DNA of 64,000 nt from Candidatus Woesearchaeota archaeon. GTDB taxonomy: Archaea > Nanobdellota > Nanobdellia > Woesearchaeales > JAZDKJ01. Shown here piece by piece: positions 44,032 to 53,230 of the stretch. The notes beneath the pieces were generated by a model. The model saw only the letters and a list, made by a program, of their open reading frames with translations, was not told the DNA's origin and searched no databases. The position numbers and the translations under genes were made by a program. How positions within the stretch are numbered: position 1 is the stretch's first letter; each line of letters begins with the position of its first letter. Where the stretch lies: positions 364,222 through 428,221 of the forward strand of contig JAZDKJ010000006.1 of NCBI GenBank assembly GCA_043803105.1, written 5' to 3'.

Positions 44032-44657
44032 TTGAATAGTCTGCTTATTGAGTCAAGGTCTGTTTGCCCGGCATCTGTTTTAGCAGGTTTTTCTGCAGGT
44101 TTTTTCTCTTCTACATGGCTCGTTTCTCTTTTTGCAGGCAGTTCCTCAGTTACCATATCCTTCACTCCCAAGATTTCATAGAGCCGCTTCTTTATCCTTT
44201 TCTGCACTTCATGCATGTCGTTTGCAGTCATCTGCTTTGCGGGAAGCTTGAACTCGATTCCATCGTCTGCCATTCTCGGTATGACATGCATCATGAAGTG
44301 CTGCGCCTTCTGGCCTGCCACTAATCCGTTGGCAATAAATACTGTGGTTCCTCCTGCCTTAAGGCCTTTCAAGATTGCGTTTGACAATCCCTTGGCTACT
44401 CTGGAGAGTTTTCCAGTAGTCTTGTCTGGGATCAAGGGCATTATTGCGTAATGCTCGTTTGGTAATAGCAAGATGTGTCCAGGATTTGCAGGATTGATGT
44501 CAAGGACTGCAGTGCAGTCATCGTCTGAGAAAAGCTTTCTTGATTGTACCTTGCTGGAAATTATTTGGCAGAAAATGCATTGCTTTTTTTGGAACTCCTT
44601 GAGCTCTTCTGGAGACATGTTCTTGATTTTTTCCTCATACTCCTGCTGCGGGTCCAT
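44028..44657 (-). CDS. HIT-family protein with partial histidine triad
   Basis: Internal start MDPQQEYEEK... (44657) of the ORF-track ORF 44028..45026. Contains CIFC and a triad position reading QHFMMHVIPR. Acidic/Lys-rich C-terminal tail. Confidence 0.7.
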   Translation of the reverse strand: MDPQQEYEEKIKNMSPEELKEFQKKQCIFCQIISSKVQSRKLFSDDDCTAVLDINPANPGHILLLPNEHYAIMPLIPDKTTGKLSRVAKGLSNAILKGLKAGGTTVFIANGLVAGQKAQHFMMHVIPRMADDGIEFKLPAKQMTANDMHEVQKRIKKRLYEILGVKDMVTEELPAKRETSHVEEKKPAEKPAKTDAGQTDLDSISRLFK

Positions 44658-44712
44658 TATTCTTTTGTCTTCCGAAGAAACTATAAAAATGTTTCCAGAA
44701 AGAATTAAATAG

Positions 44713-45504
44713 GTGGATTCCGATTTTCGGGTTATGGTTGAAATAAAGCTTGACCTGCGAAAATCGGTTGAAGAGAACGCTGGGCTACATTTTGAGAAAG
44801 CGAAAAAGCTAAAGAAAAAACTTGTTGGTGCAAAGGCAACAGTTGAGCGCGTCAGAAAAGAGCTTGATAGGTTTGAGAAAAAGGAGCTGGCTGCTGTTGA
44901 GCTGCCTAAGGTCGACAGGAGAAAACAATGGTTCGAAAAGTTCCGCTGGTTCTTGAGTTCAGAGGGTTTTCTTGTGGTTGGCGGCCGCGACGCAACTACC
45001 AACGAAATAATAATCAAGAAGCACACGGAGCCTGAAGACCTTGTTTTTCATACTGACATGTCAGGCTCTCCTTTTTTCGTTGTTAAGGCTGATGGAAAAC
45101 AACCTGGTGTCCAGACCTTAAGGGAGGCTGCAGACGCCACTTTTTCTTTTAGTCGCAGCTCAAAGACAGGTATGACCACTTCTCCTGTTTTTTACGTTAC
45201 GCCTGCTCAGGTCTCAAGGACTCCTAATCCTGGTGAGTCATTGCCTAAAGGCGCTTTCATCATTCGTGGCAAGACCAATTACATAGAAAACAAGTTTAAT
45301 GTTGCTGTCGGTATCTATAAGGGAGCTGTTATGGCTGGCCCGCTTGAAGCAGTGCAGAAGCATTGCGAAAAATATCTCCAATTGATTCCTGGGGAAAAAA
45401 AGCCTTCTGACATTGCAAAGATGGTTAGGAAGCTTATTGGTGGAGAGCTTGATGAGATAATTAGGGCTCTCCCCAGTGGCAACTGTGACCTGAAGAAACC
45501 TTAA
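44713..45504 (+). CDS. NFACT-R (DUF814) domain protein, short form
   Basis: 263-aa ORF with FEKFRWFLSSEGFLVVGGRDATTNEIIIKKH...DLVFHTDMSGSPFFVV. The start may be the ATG at 44734. Confidence 0.7.
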   Translation: MDSDFRVMVEIKLDLRKSVEENAGLHFEKAKKLKKKLVGAKATVERVRKELDRFEKKELAAVELPKVDRRKQWFEKFRWFLSSEGFLVVGGRDATTNEIIIKKHTEPEDLVFHTDMSGSPFFVVKADGKQPGVQTLREAADATFSFSRSSKTGMTTSPVFYVTPAQVSRTPNPGESLPKGAFIIRGKTNYIENKFNVAVGIYKGAVMAGPLEAVQKHCEKYLQLIPGEKKPSDIAKMVRKLIGGELDEIIRALPSGNCDLKKP

Positions 45505-46063
45505 CACTATCTCCTTTTCTTGCAATATAATGGTAGTTCACATAGAGTTCAACGTTCGTTGCATTCACACCGAGGCCGTTGTGCACCATGATTAATCCAC
45601 TCTTCTCGATTTCTCGCCTTAACGTTCTTGCTTGCCCAAGGTAGGAGGGAATATCAATTGCAAGCTTTAAGAGTCTTCCCCTTTCTCTGAATTCTCTCAT
45701 TGGTCTCATTGGAACGTCTCCGACAAGGTAGCCTCCCGGTTTCAGCACTCGTGCTGTCTCTGTAAAAAGCATGTTCCTGTCATGAACCAGGTCTGCAAGA
45801 TATCCCTGAACCACAACGTCGATGCACTCATCCCTAAAGGGGAGGCGCAGCGCATCTCCTGCAACCGCATCCTTTACAAGCAGTGGTTTTTGCTCTCTGT
45901 AGCAAAGGTCGAGTGCGATAGTCTGTCCTGATGAAGCCAAGTGAAGCGAGCTGTCCAAGGCAAAATATCCAGCTCCAAGGTCAAGCATGCTCTTTGATTC
46001 TAGTTCAGGCACAAATGCCAGAAGCGTCCTGTGGTCATACAAAATCATGCCATGTTGTTCCAT
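45461..46063 (-). CDS. class I SAM-dependent methyltransferase
   Basis: 200-aa ORF with LDLGAG and VLKPGGYLV motifs. Confidence 0.7.
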   Translation of the reverse strand: MEQHGMILYDHRTLLAFVPELESKSMLDLGAGYFALDSSLHLASSGQTIALDLCYREQKPLLVKDAVAGDALRLPFRDECIDVVVQGYLADLVHDRNMLFTETARVLKPGGYLVGDVPMRPMREFRERGRLLKLAIDIPSYLGQARTLRREIEKSGLIMVHNGLGVNATNVELYVNYHYIARKGDSVKVSSGHSCHWGEP

Positions 46064-46206
46064 ATATCACTTTTAAAGCTTGCTGCTGACATCTCGTGCC
46101 AGAGCAATATCATATATCAAAATGTTACTATTCCAGAATAGAAATGCTTTAATAAGGGGCGTCTAAGGTTCTTTGCAGGGTGTTTAGAGAAAAGCGAGGT
46201 GTCTAG

Positions 46207-47511
46207 ATGAAAGTCCTTATTGTAGGTTCAGGAGGTCGGGAGCATGCTCTGGCCTGGAAAATAGCCAAAAGTCCGCTGGTTTCTAAGGTATATTGTGCTC
46301 CAGGTAATGACGGAATTTTGCAGACGCCAAAGGCAGATTGTTTCTCAGAAATCAAGGCAACAGATATTGAAGGCCTTGTTTCCCTGGCGAAAAAGAAAGG
46401 TGTTGATTTCACTCTTTTTGGTCCTGAAGATTCTTTGGTCAACGGCGCCTATGACAGGTTCAGGAAAGAAGGCCGTCTTGCTTTAGGCCCTGATAGCTGG
46501 GGAGCTGATATTGAAGGCAGCAAAGCCTGGACAAAGGACTTGATGCAAAACTATGGTATACCTACTGCCTTTGGCCAGTCAACCTCAAGGATTTCACAAG
46601 CTAAGGATATTGCCAAGGAATTTGTGCAGCATTATGGTGGTGTAGTTGTCAAGGCAGATGGGCCTTGTGGCGGAAAGGGAGTTTTTGTATGCAGAACCTT
46701 GCTTGAAGCCATTTTAGCCATAGACCGGATTATGGTCAAGCGAGTCTTTGGCCCTGCTGGAAAGCGAGTTGTCTTGGAAGAACTGCTTGTTGGCGAGGAA
46801 GCATCATTCATGGCATTGGTAAACAGCGTCGAAGATTATATCTTGCCTTTTGCTTCATCGCAAGACCATAAGAGGCGTGATGATGGAGATAAAGGCCCAA
46901 TGACCGGCGGCATGGGTGCTTATTCGCCTGCGCCTGTAGTAACACCTGTAATTCATAAAATGATAATGAAAGACACCTTGTACCAGACTATGCGCGCTAT
47001 GGCTCAGGAAGGCAGGCCTTATGTTGGGGTCATGTATGCTGGCCTAATGATAGTTAAAGGAAAACCAAAGGTGCTGGAATTCAACTGCCGCTTCGGAGAC
47101 CCAGAGATCCAGCCAATACTAATGAGGATGAAACCTGACATTATGCCTTTGCTCATTGGCTGTGCAGAAGGCAACCTCAGAAAACAGACGGTTGAATGGT
47201 ACGACGACGCTGCGGTCTGCGTAGTTATGGCCTCAAAAGGTTATCCTGAATCAGAGCAATTGAGAGGCCAGCAGATTCACGGCCTTGAGGATGTTACACA
47301 CATGGAAAATGTCTATGCCTTCCATGCAGGCACTGCTTACAAGAATGGTGTTTGGACTAATAAGGGTGGCCGTGTCTTAGGTGTAACTGGCAGAGCGCCC
47401 ACCATAAAGGAGGCACAAGACCTTGCCTATGAAGCAGCCAAAATGATTACATTCAATGGTGCTCATTATCGCACTGACATAGGCAATAAAGCAATCCAGA
47501 AAACAGTCTAG
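46207..47511 (+). CDS. purD: phosphoribosylamine-glycine ligase
   Basis: 434-aa ORF: MKVLIVGSGGREHALAWK...NCRFGDPE. Confidence 0.93.
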   Translation: MKVLIVGSGGREHALAWKIAKSPLVSKVYCAPGNDGILQTPKADCFSEIKATDIEGLVSLAKKKGVDFTLFGPEDSLVNGAYDRFRKEGRLALGPDSWGADIEGSKAWTKDLMQNYGIPTAFGQSTSRISQAKDIAKEFVQHYGGVVVKADGPCGGKGVFVCRTLLEAILAIDRIMVKRVFGPAGKRVVLEELLVGEEASFMALVNSVEDYILPFASSQDHKRRDDGDKGPMTGGMGAYSPAPVVTPVIHKMIMKDTLYQTMRAMAQEGRPYVGVMYAGLMIVKGKPKVLEFNCRFGDPEIQPILMRMKPDIMPLLIGCAEGNLRKQTVEWYDDAAVCVVMASKGYPESEQLRGQQIHGLEDVTHMENVYAFHAGTAYKNGVWTNKGGRVLGVTGRAPTIKEAQDLAYEAAKMITFNGAHYRTDIGNKAIQKTV

Positions 47512-47550
47512 TATTGCGAATAACAGAAAAGCAAGTTAGAGGTATCTCAA

Positions 47551-48504
47551 GTGTCTGATAAACTGTTGCTGATTGGTATGGGTTCGCCTAGTGATTTGAA
47601 GCATTTTGAAAAGCCTTATGCAAGCCTTGACGGCACCATCCCGGAATATCTCTTAAAAAAGGGTGTGAGACTATATTTGAGCCCTGGCACAGGAAAGCCT
47701 CTTGTTACCTCAATACATCGCACCACTGATACAGCAATGAAATTTGCAGATTCTCTTGATAGCTTGGTTGCTATAGAAGGAAGAAATGACAGGTTTGTTG
47801 CCTTATTGTTTGGCGGGCTTGCTTTTCATCTTGGTGGGGCTTTTGCTGGAAAGAATCCTGCAATACCGACGATTGTAGCTGCGATGGATGAGCATGCCTT
47901 CATGAGCGCCTATGCTATGCCTAAAGGAACTCCGGTTGGATTGGTTGGAGTCAACCAGCTTGACAAGGCTGTGATGATGGCAACTAAGATTCTTGACTAT
48001 AACGATTCTAACCGAGCATGGATCATACACCATCATTTCACCAATCCTCCATCGACTGATAGGGAGCATCTCGTAAAGTCTTCATATGATGCTGCCACTC
48101 AGCTTCTGCAAAAGTGCAATGTTTTGTCTTGGGCAGTTGAATTTATTTTTGTCGCGCAGAAGAAATATAAAGGTGTTTCATTAAGCCTGCCAGCGCTGCC
48201 ACAAACCGCAATAGAAATGGACAAGAGGTTAATTTTGGGTTCTGTTTCGTTTGTCAATCCTGCTGCGTTAAGTCCTTGCACCACAGGTCAGTATCAGACC
48301 CTCATGGATGTTGCTGGTCAGCTCAAGAACTCTTTGCTGGTCCATGACCCTTACAACGCAGCCCTTTTTACAATCCAGGTTATCGCAAACAAGTATCCAG
48401 ACTTACGTCTTGGGCTTGACAGGATAAAGGAAGAATCGAGGCTGCCGACTGCGAAGGGTGGGTATTCTCAGTTTTTGCCAATAAAAAAGGATGATTTCAA
48501 GTGA
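47551..48504 (+). CDS. purE: PurE-like (AIR carboxylase/mutase fold) protein, double length
   Basis: 317-aa ORF with a GTG start after an SD. Contains IGMGSPSD, TSIHRTTD, GGLAFHLGG and AMPKGTPVG, which are collinear with E. coli PurE motifs as recalled. The C-terminal half resembles a second, weaker PurE-like repeat. Confidence 0.6.
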   Translation: MSDKLLLIGMGSPSDLKHFEKPYASLDGTIPEYLLKKGVRLYLSPGTGKPLVTSIHRTTDTAMKFADSLDSLVAIEGRNDRFVALLFGGLAFHLGGAFAGKNPAIPTIVAAMDEHAFMSAYAMPKGTPVGLVGVNQLDKAVMMATKILDYNDSNRAWIIHHHFTNPPSTDREHLVKSSYDAATQLLQKCNVLSWAVEFIFVAQKKYKGVSLSLPALPQTAIEMDKRLILGSVSFVNPAALSPCTTGQYQTLMDVAGQLKNSLLVHDPYNAALFTIQVIANKYPDLRLGLDRIKEESRLPTAKGGYSQFLPIKKDDFK

Positions 48505-48515
48505 GGTGAAATAAC

Positions 48516-49796
48516 GTGGGCAGTACAAAAGATTTGGTTACTACAGGAAAGCTTGGTGAGCAATGGTATGCGCCTCCAACCGCTGTCAAGTTTGGTTATG
48601 GACCAATGCAGGTAAAAGGAACCTTCTCTGTGGCAGACTTAAAGAAGCTTATTCCTGAGTCTATCATAAAAAACAAGGCAGAAGCCCTTGCCATGCAGCA
48701 GGCAGCATTTGCAGAGTATCTGCAATATAATCACCCTGAGATCCCAAATTCCTATTATGGTATATTGGACAAAGATTTCAAACGTACTGACGTTCAGCAC
48801 TTGTTGTCTAAGGGAGAAACATCGAGCATCGTAGTCATGAAGCTTGCCCACACGCCAGATAGCTTTTGCGAAGGTAACCTTGATAAATATCGGGCTGCCC
48901 TGCAATCAGGAGAATTACAGTGCGGCGTTGCAGACGTGGAGTCAATCTTCAGGCTGGGCTTTCCGCTCGGCAGCTCGACTTTCGAGGATATTTTCAAGGC
49001 TGTCAGGTTAGGAGAAAAGTACGAGCATTTAGCCACTTACAATGAGACTGCGGCCGAACTCGACAAAATCAGGGCTATGGTTTCCGAGCAAGGTCTTGAC
49101 ATCTTCGAAGGTTTGGAGGAATTGCTTCAAAAAAAAGGCCTGGGCACCACTATTCCGAATCCAGGATTTGTCCTCAAGCATTTTGTTTATGATACAACCA
49201 CAAAATTCGTGAGTTACGGCGACCTTAAGATATCTGAGGAAGATGCTGAGAAACTTAGCGGCCTAAGCCATGAGAGTTATCAGCTCTGGAAGAATGACAT
49301 GTTCCCGAAGATTGCTGCTGCGCAGATAAAATTTTGCATGGAAAGGAACATATTCAATATTGATGGCAAGAGTGAAATCGTGGCATACCATCGCATGCCA
49401 GTTGTTGCCGACTTCCAATGCACTGTTGACGAAAACAGGGAAATGATAGTTGTGGCGGTTGACGGGGTTGAATGGCTGATTCCCAGCAATAAGGAAATAC
49501 AGCGGGCGATTTTCAGAAAAGAGGGAGTTTATGCAGCAAAGGCTGAGGCTTTAAGGCGGTCAGTAAAAGACAAAGGAGTCTTTGACCATTGGAAGGAGTA
49601 TTTTCCGGCTGTCATCAAGGAGCGAAAGATTGATTTGGTGGGTGTTACAGAATTCTCGTGTGATTTGATGGCAAATGCAATCATGGAAGTTGCCAACCGG
49701 ACTCTCGGCCATAGGGTGTTTGATGCAAAGCCGCTTGACTCGTGGGTTAGAGACTTTGTTCCTTATGCTAGTAAGTTACAAAGGCAAGGTGATTAA
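48516..49796 (+). CDS. purC: SAICAR-synthetase-like protein (divergent, long)
   Basis: 426-aa ORF with an N-terminal GSTKDL...FSVADL and a later IDGKSEIV...VADFQCTVDENR that resemble PurC motifs. Operon context. Confidence 0.5.
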   Translation: MGSTKDLVTTGKLGEQWYAPPTAVKFGYGPMQVKGTFSVADLKKLIPESIIKNKAEALAMQQAAFAEYLQYNHPEIPNSYYGILDKDFKRTDVQHLLSKGETSSIVVMKLAHTPDSFCEGNLDKYRAALQSGELQCGVADVESIFRLGFPLGSSTFEDIFKAVRLGEKYEHLATYNETAAELDKIRAMVSEQGLDIFEGLEELLQKKGLGTTIPNPGFVLKHFVYDTTTKFVSYGDLKISEEDAEKLSGLSHESYQLWKNDMFPKIAAAQIKFCMERNIFNIDGKSEIVAYHRMPVVADFQCTVDENREMIVVAVDGVEWLIPSNKEIQRAIFRKEGVYAAKAEALRRSVKDKGVFDHWKEYFPAVIKERKIDLVGVTEFSCDLMANAIMEVANRTLGHRVFDAKPLDSWVRDFVPYASKLQRQGD

Positions 49797-49798
49797 GA

Positions 49799-51751
49799 AT
49801 GGGGCATGTTTTGTTCGGTCGTTATCCAAGCAAGGAGATGAAGGAAATCATCGGTCCTCAACCCAAGGATTACAGGACGCTTTGCTCTCCTGATATGGAA
49901 AATATTTTCTCCAAGGAGTCAAAACATAATGGTTGGGATGACGTTTGGTATGCCCATATGAAAGCACAAAAAGAAACAGGCCTGCCAATACCGCAGGAGC
50001 ATTTGGATGCCTTCCAAGTTATTCTACACAAGATTAATTATCAACGCATGGATGAGATTGAACGAATCCTGAAGCATGATGTTGATTCTGGCAGGAAGCA
50101 TCGTGCTGAAGAATTGGAGAAGGTGTTGGAAGGCTCTTCCGCATGGCTGCATGCTGGTGCAACTAGCTGCACGGTCACAGATAATCAGGAGCTTACTGCA
50201 ATGTATAACGGCTTGCAGCTCTTGGCAGACAAAGGATACAATCTCCTTAACAAGCTTGAGCGTTTTGATTCTGGTCTGATTGTTAACCAGCACAAGTCAG
50301 ATCTAGAATATGCCTTGAATATATTAGACAGCAGGATCAACAACTTCAAGATAAGAGGTGCAAAAGGCACCACAGGCACCCAGGCAAGCTATCTCGAGCT
50401 GTTTGATGGCAATGCAGAAAAGGTCAGCGCTTTCGAACAAGCCTTCATCCAAAGACTTGGGTTTGGTAGGGCATTCACGATAACCGGTCAGACCTATCCA
50501 CGGATTGCGGATTACCAGCTCGTATCAACCTTGGGCGTGCTTGCGACTGCGCTTTCAAACATTGCAGAGTACTCAGTCAGCTTTTCCGAAGAATTAGCTC
50601 ATCCTTTGTCTGATGTGAAGAGCTTTGCAAAAAGCGCTGCGCACATGGCATCCAAGCAGTGGTTGGAGCGAACACTAGATGACTCTGCCCAGAGACGGAT
50701 TATCATCGAAGATTCCTTCAAGGCAGTTGAGTATGTTCTGGATAGGCTGAACTCTGCAGAAATTAACCCGATAGAGATAAGGGACCCTGACTTTCAGCTA
50801 AGCCAGCCATTGTCAGAAACGCTTGAAGGCACTACAGGCAAGGCTCTTGAGCTGTTGCGTGACAAGACTGTGAATACAATTTTCAGAATTCACACATTTG
50901 CAGAGAAGTTCAAGGACCAGCCTTGCATGGCATACACTCATTATCAGGTTGCCCAGCCTACAACTGTAGGCAAGCGGCTTGACCTTTGGGCCTATAATTA
51001 TGTTTTGGCACTTCAGGACATTGAAGACTTTTTGGAGTCTGACAAGAACCTTGAAGTAAGCCAGAATATTGTTGAATATCGCATCGCCACACTGTTAACA
51101 CAGATTGCGGTTGCTGCCCATAAGCAAGCCGCAGATGTCAGGTTGTGCCAGCATGACGGGATAATGACTGAGCCTTTTGCAATTGGCCAAAAAGGTTCAA
51201 GTGCTATGCCTCATAAGCGCAATCCTATGAAGAATGAGCGCATCTGTTCTCTATCTACAGAGTTGATTCAGTATGCTGATTCCAATAATGCCAACCCTTA
51301 TAGCTTTTTGCTAGCTGACTCAGTCTTGAATCTTGCAATGGCTGTTTTTGTTGAGGATACTCCTAAACAAAAGGGCTTTACTGTTAACCCAGAGGTTATT
51401 GCAAAGAATTTCAGGGAATTTCTGCCATATATCTGCCTAGAGCAACTGGTTAACAAAGTGCTCAAGACAGGAAAATACAAGCGCGAGGAGCTGTATGACA
51501 TCGCTTACAATTGCTCAATACAGGCCCGAACCAATGTCGAGGTACACGGCAAGGCAAACAACACGCTTGAATTAGTGTGCGAATACCCTCAATTTGGGCT
51601 CACTCCAGAAATGATTCCTGCGATGCTTGATCCTATGCTCTATATCGGTCTAGCGTCAAAACAGGTAGAATTGTTTGGAAGGGTGCATGTGGACCCCTTG
51701 AAAGAGAAGTACAAATCTGTTCAGGCGTTAGAGTCTGACGTGAAAGTTTAA
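49799..51751 (+). CDS. purB: adenylosuccinate lyase (long form)
   Basis: 650-aa ORF with an N-terminal RYPSKEM and the fumarate-lyase signature GSSAMPHKRNP. Confidence 0.8.
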   Translation: MGHVLFGRYPSKEMKEIIGPQPKDYRTLCSPDMENIFSKESKHNGWDDVWYAHMKAQKETGLPIPQEHLDAFQVILHKINYQRMDEIERILKHDVDSGRKHRAEELEKVLEGSSAWLHAGATSCTVTDNQELTAMYNGLQLLADKGYNLLNKLERFDSGLIVNQHKSDLEYALNILDSRINNFKIRGAKGTTGTQASYLELFDGNAEKVSAFEQAFIQRLGFGRAFTITGQTYPRIADYQLVSTLGVLATALSNIAEYSVSFSEELAHPLSDVKSFAKSAAHMASKQWLERTLDDSAQRRIIIEDSFKAVEYVLDRLNSAEINPIEIRDPDFQLSQPLSETLEGTTGKALELLRDKTVNTIFRIHTFAEKFKDQPCMAYTHYQVAQPTTVGKRLDLWAYNYVLALQDIEDFLESDKNLEVSQNIVEYRIATLLTQIAVAAHKQAADVRLCQHDGIMTEPFAIGQKGSSAMPHKRNPMKNERICSLSTELIQYADSNNANPYSFLLADSVLNLAMAVFVEDTPKQKGFTVNPEVIAKNFREFLPYICLEQLVNKVLKTGKYKREELYDIAYNCSIQARTNVEVHGKANNTLELVCEYPQFGLTPEMIPAMLDPMLYIGLASKQVELFGRVHVDPLKEKYKSVQALESDVKV

Positions 51752-53220
51752 TGCGACCACTAAAAAACGAGCCTTCAAGGAGCTTGAAGGAGTACAGGCT
51801 TCTTACAGGCAGGACTACTGCTAAGACTGTTATGTCTTCTGTCAATCTCAGGACAAGACTCTGCACGAGTCCTAATGGCAAGGACTTTCTCTATCTGAAC
51901 ATTCCATTGATGAGCGCAGCAATGCAGGCTGTTTCAGGAACAAGGTTATCTGTTGCGCTTGCACAGTTTGGAGGCATTTCTGTTTTGCCGTGCTCTATTC
52001 CGGTTCAGGAGCAGGTTGCAATAATCAAGGAAGTGAAGCGCTTCAAGGCAGGCTTCCAGGAGGATGTGACAACCTTTTCCAAGGATGACCTGATTGCCGA
52101 TGCTGTTAAGGTAATGAGTACAAAAGGCTATCACACTTTTCCCATAACAGAAAATGGGAGATCGCACGGGAGGCTCCTTGGCATATTATCAGACAGGAAT
52201 TTTGACCCCAAAGAGCACGTAAAGAATAAGATCGAGAAACACATGGTGAAGAATGTTGTGACAGCAAGGGAGGGCATTTCATTGCCTGATGCAAACAAGG
52301 TGATGATAAAATACGGCAGGAGCATACTACCTATTGTTGACTCAAGGAAAAACCTACGATACGTTGTCTTCAAGAAAGACCTGGAAAAGCACAGGAACTT
52401 TCCTGATGAGCTCGTCGACCATAACAAGCGCTATATGATCGCTGCAGCAGTCTCGACCTTGCCTAGTGACCACTCAAGGATTGATGCCCTGATTAAGGCA
52501 GGAGTTGATGCCTTGATCATTGATTCCTCCGATGGTTTTTCTGATTTCCAAATTGAGACCTTGAGCTATATCCGTAATAAAACAAGGAAGATTCCGGTGA
52601 TTGGGGGAAATATAATCACTAAAGAAGGCTTTTTTCACTTGGCTGAAGCTGGTTTTGATGCAGTTAAGGTCGGAATGGGAATTGGTTCTGGCTGCACGAC
52701 ACAAGAGCAGAAAGGTGTTGGTCGAGGCCAGGCTTCTGCCTTGATTGATGTCTGCGCTGCTCGCGACGAGTTTTATTCAAACACCAACAGATATCTTCCA
52801 ATAATTTCTGATGGCAGCATTTCAAATCCTGGCCAGATTGTAATTGCCTTGGCTCTAGGCGCAGATTCTGTCATGATGGGTCGGTTCTTTGCCCAATTCT
52901 CCGAGTCTGAAGGCGGTGTGAGGAATCATCCTCAATACGGTCCATTGAAAGAATTCTGGATGGAAGCCTCTGCCAGGGCGAGGAGTTATGGCCGCTATGA
53001 AACCAAGCCAGAATTCTTTTTTGAGGAAGGTGTCGAAGGCTATGTTCCGCACATTGGATCAATCTATGATAATCTCGGCCAGACTTTGATCAAGATAAAG
53101 TCTGCCTTGTCCAATGCTGGCTGCAAGAATATAGATGAATTGCACAAGACTGCAGTGCTTGAATTGCAATCAATAGCATCATTGCAGGATGCTGCAGTGC
53201 ATGATATTATAACTAAGTGA
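51751..53220 (+). CDS. guaB: IMP dehydrogenase (with CBS pair)
   Basis: 489-aa ORF with IDSSDG, GIGSGCTTQ and ISDGSI motifs, plus a CBS insert. Confidence 0.85.
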   Translation: MRPLKNEPSRSLKEYRLLTGRTTAKTVMSSVNLRTRLCTSPNGKDFLYLNIPLMSAAMQAVSGTRLSVALAQFGGISVLPCSIPVQEQVAIIKEVKRFKAGFQEDVTTFSKDDLIADAVKVMSTKGYHTFPITENGRSHGRLLGILSDRNFDPKEHVKNKIEKHMVKNVVTAREGISLPDANKVMIKYGRSILPIVDSRKNLRYVVFKKDLEKHRNFPDELVDHNKRYMIAAAVSTLPSDHSRIDALIKAGVDALIIDSSDGFSDFQIETLSYIRNKTRKIPVIGGNIITKEGFFHLAEAGFDAVKVGMGIGSGCTTQEQKGVGRGQASALIDVCAARDEFYSNTNRYLPIISDGSISNPGQIVIALALGADSVMMGRFFAQFSESEGGVRNHPQYGPLKEFWMEASARARSYGRYETKPEFFFEEGVEGYVPHIGSIYDNLGQTLIKIKSALSNAGCKNIDELHKTAVLELQSIASLQDAAVHDIITK

Positions 53221-53230
53221 GGTGTCATAA

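Noticed and set aside
44658-45026. N-terminal 123 codons of the 332-aa ORF containing the second HIT protein.
   Set aside because: It is a low-complexity S/F-rich translation antisense to the NFACT-R gene. HIT homology begins at the Met at 44657.
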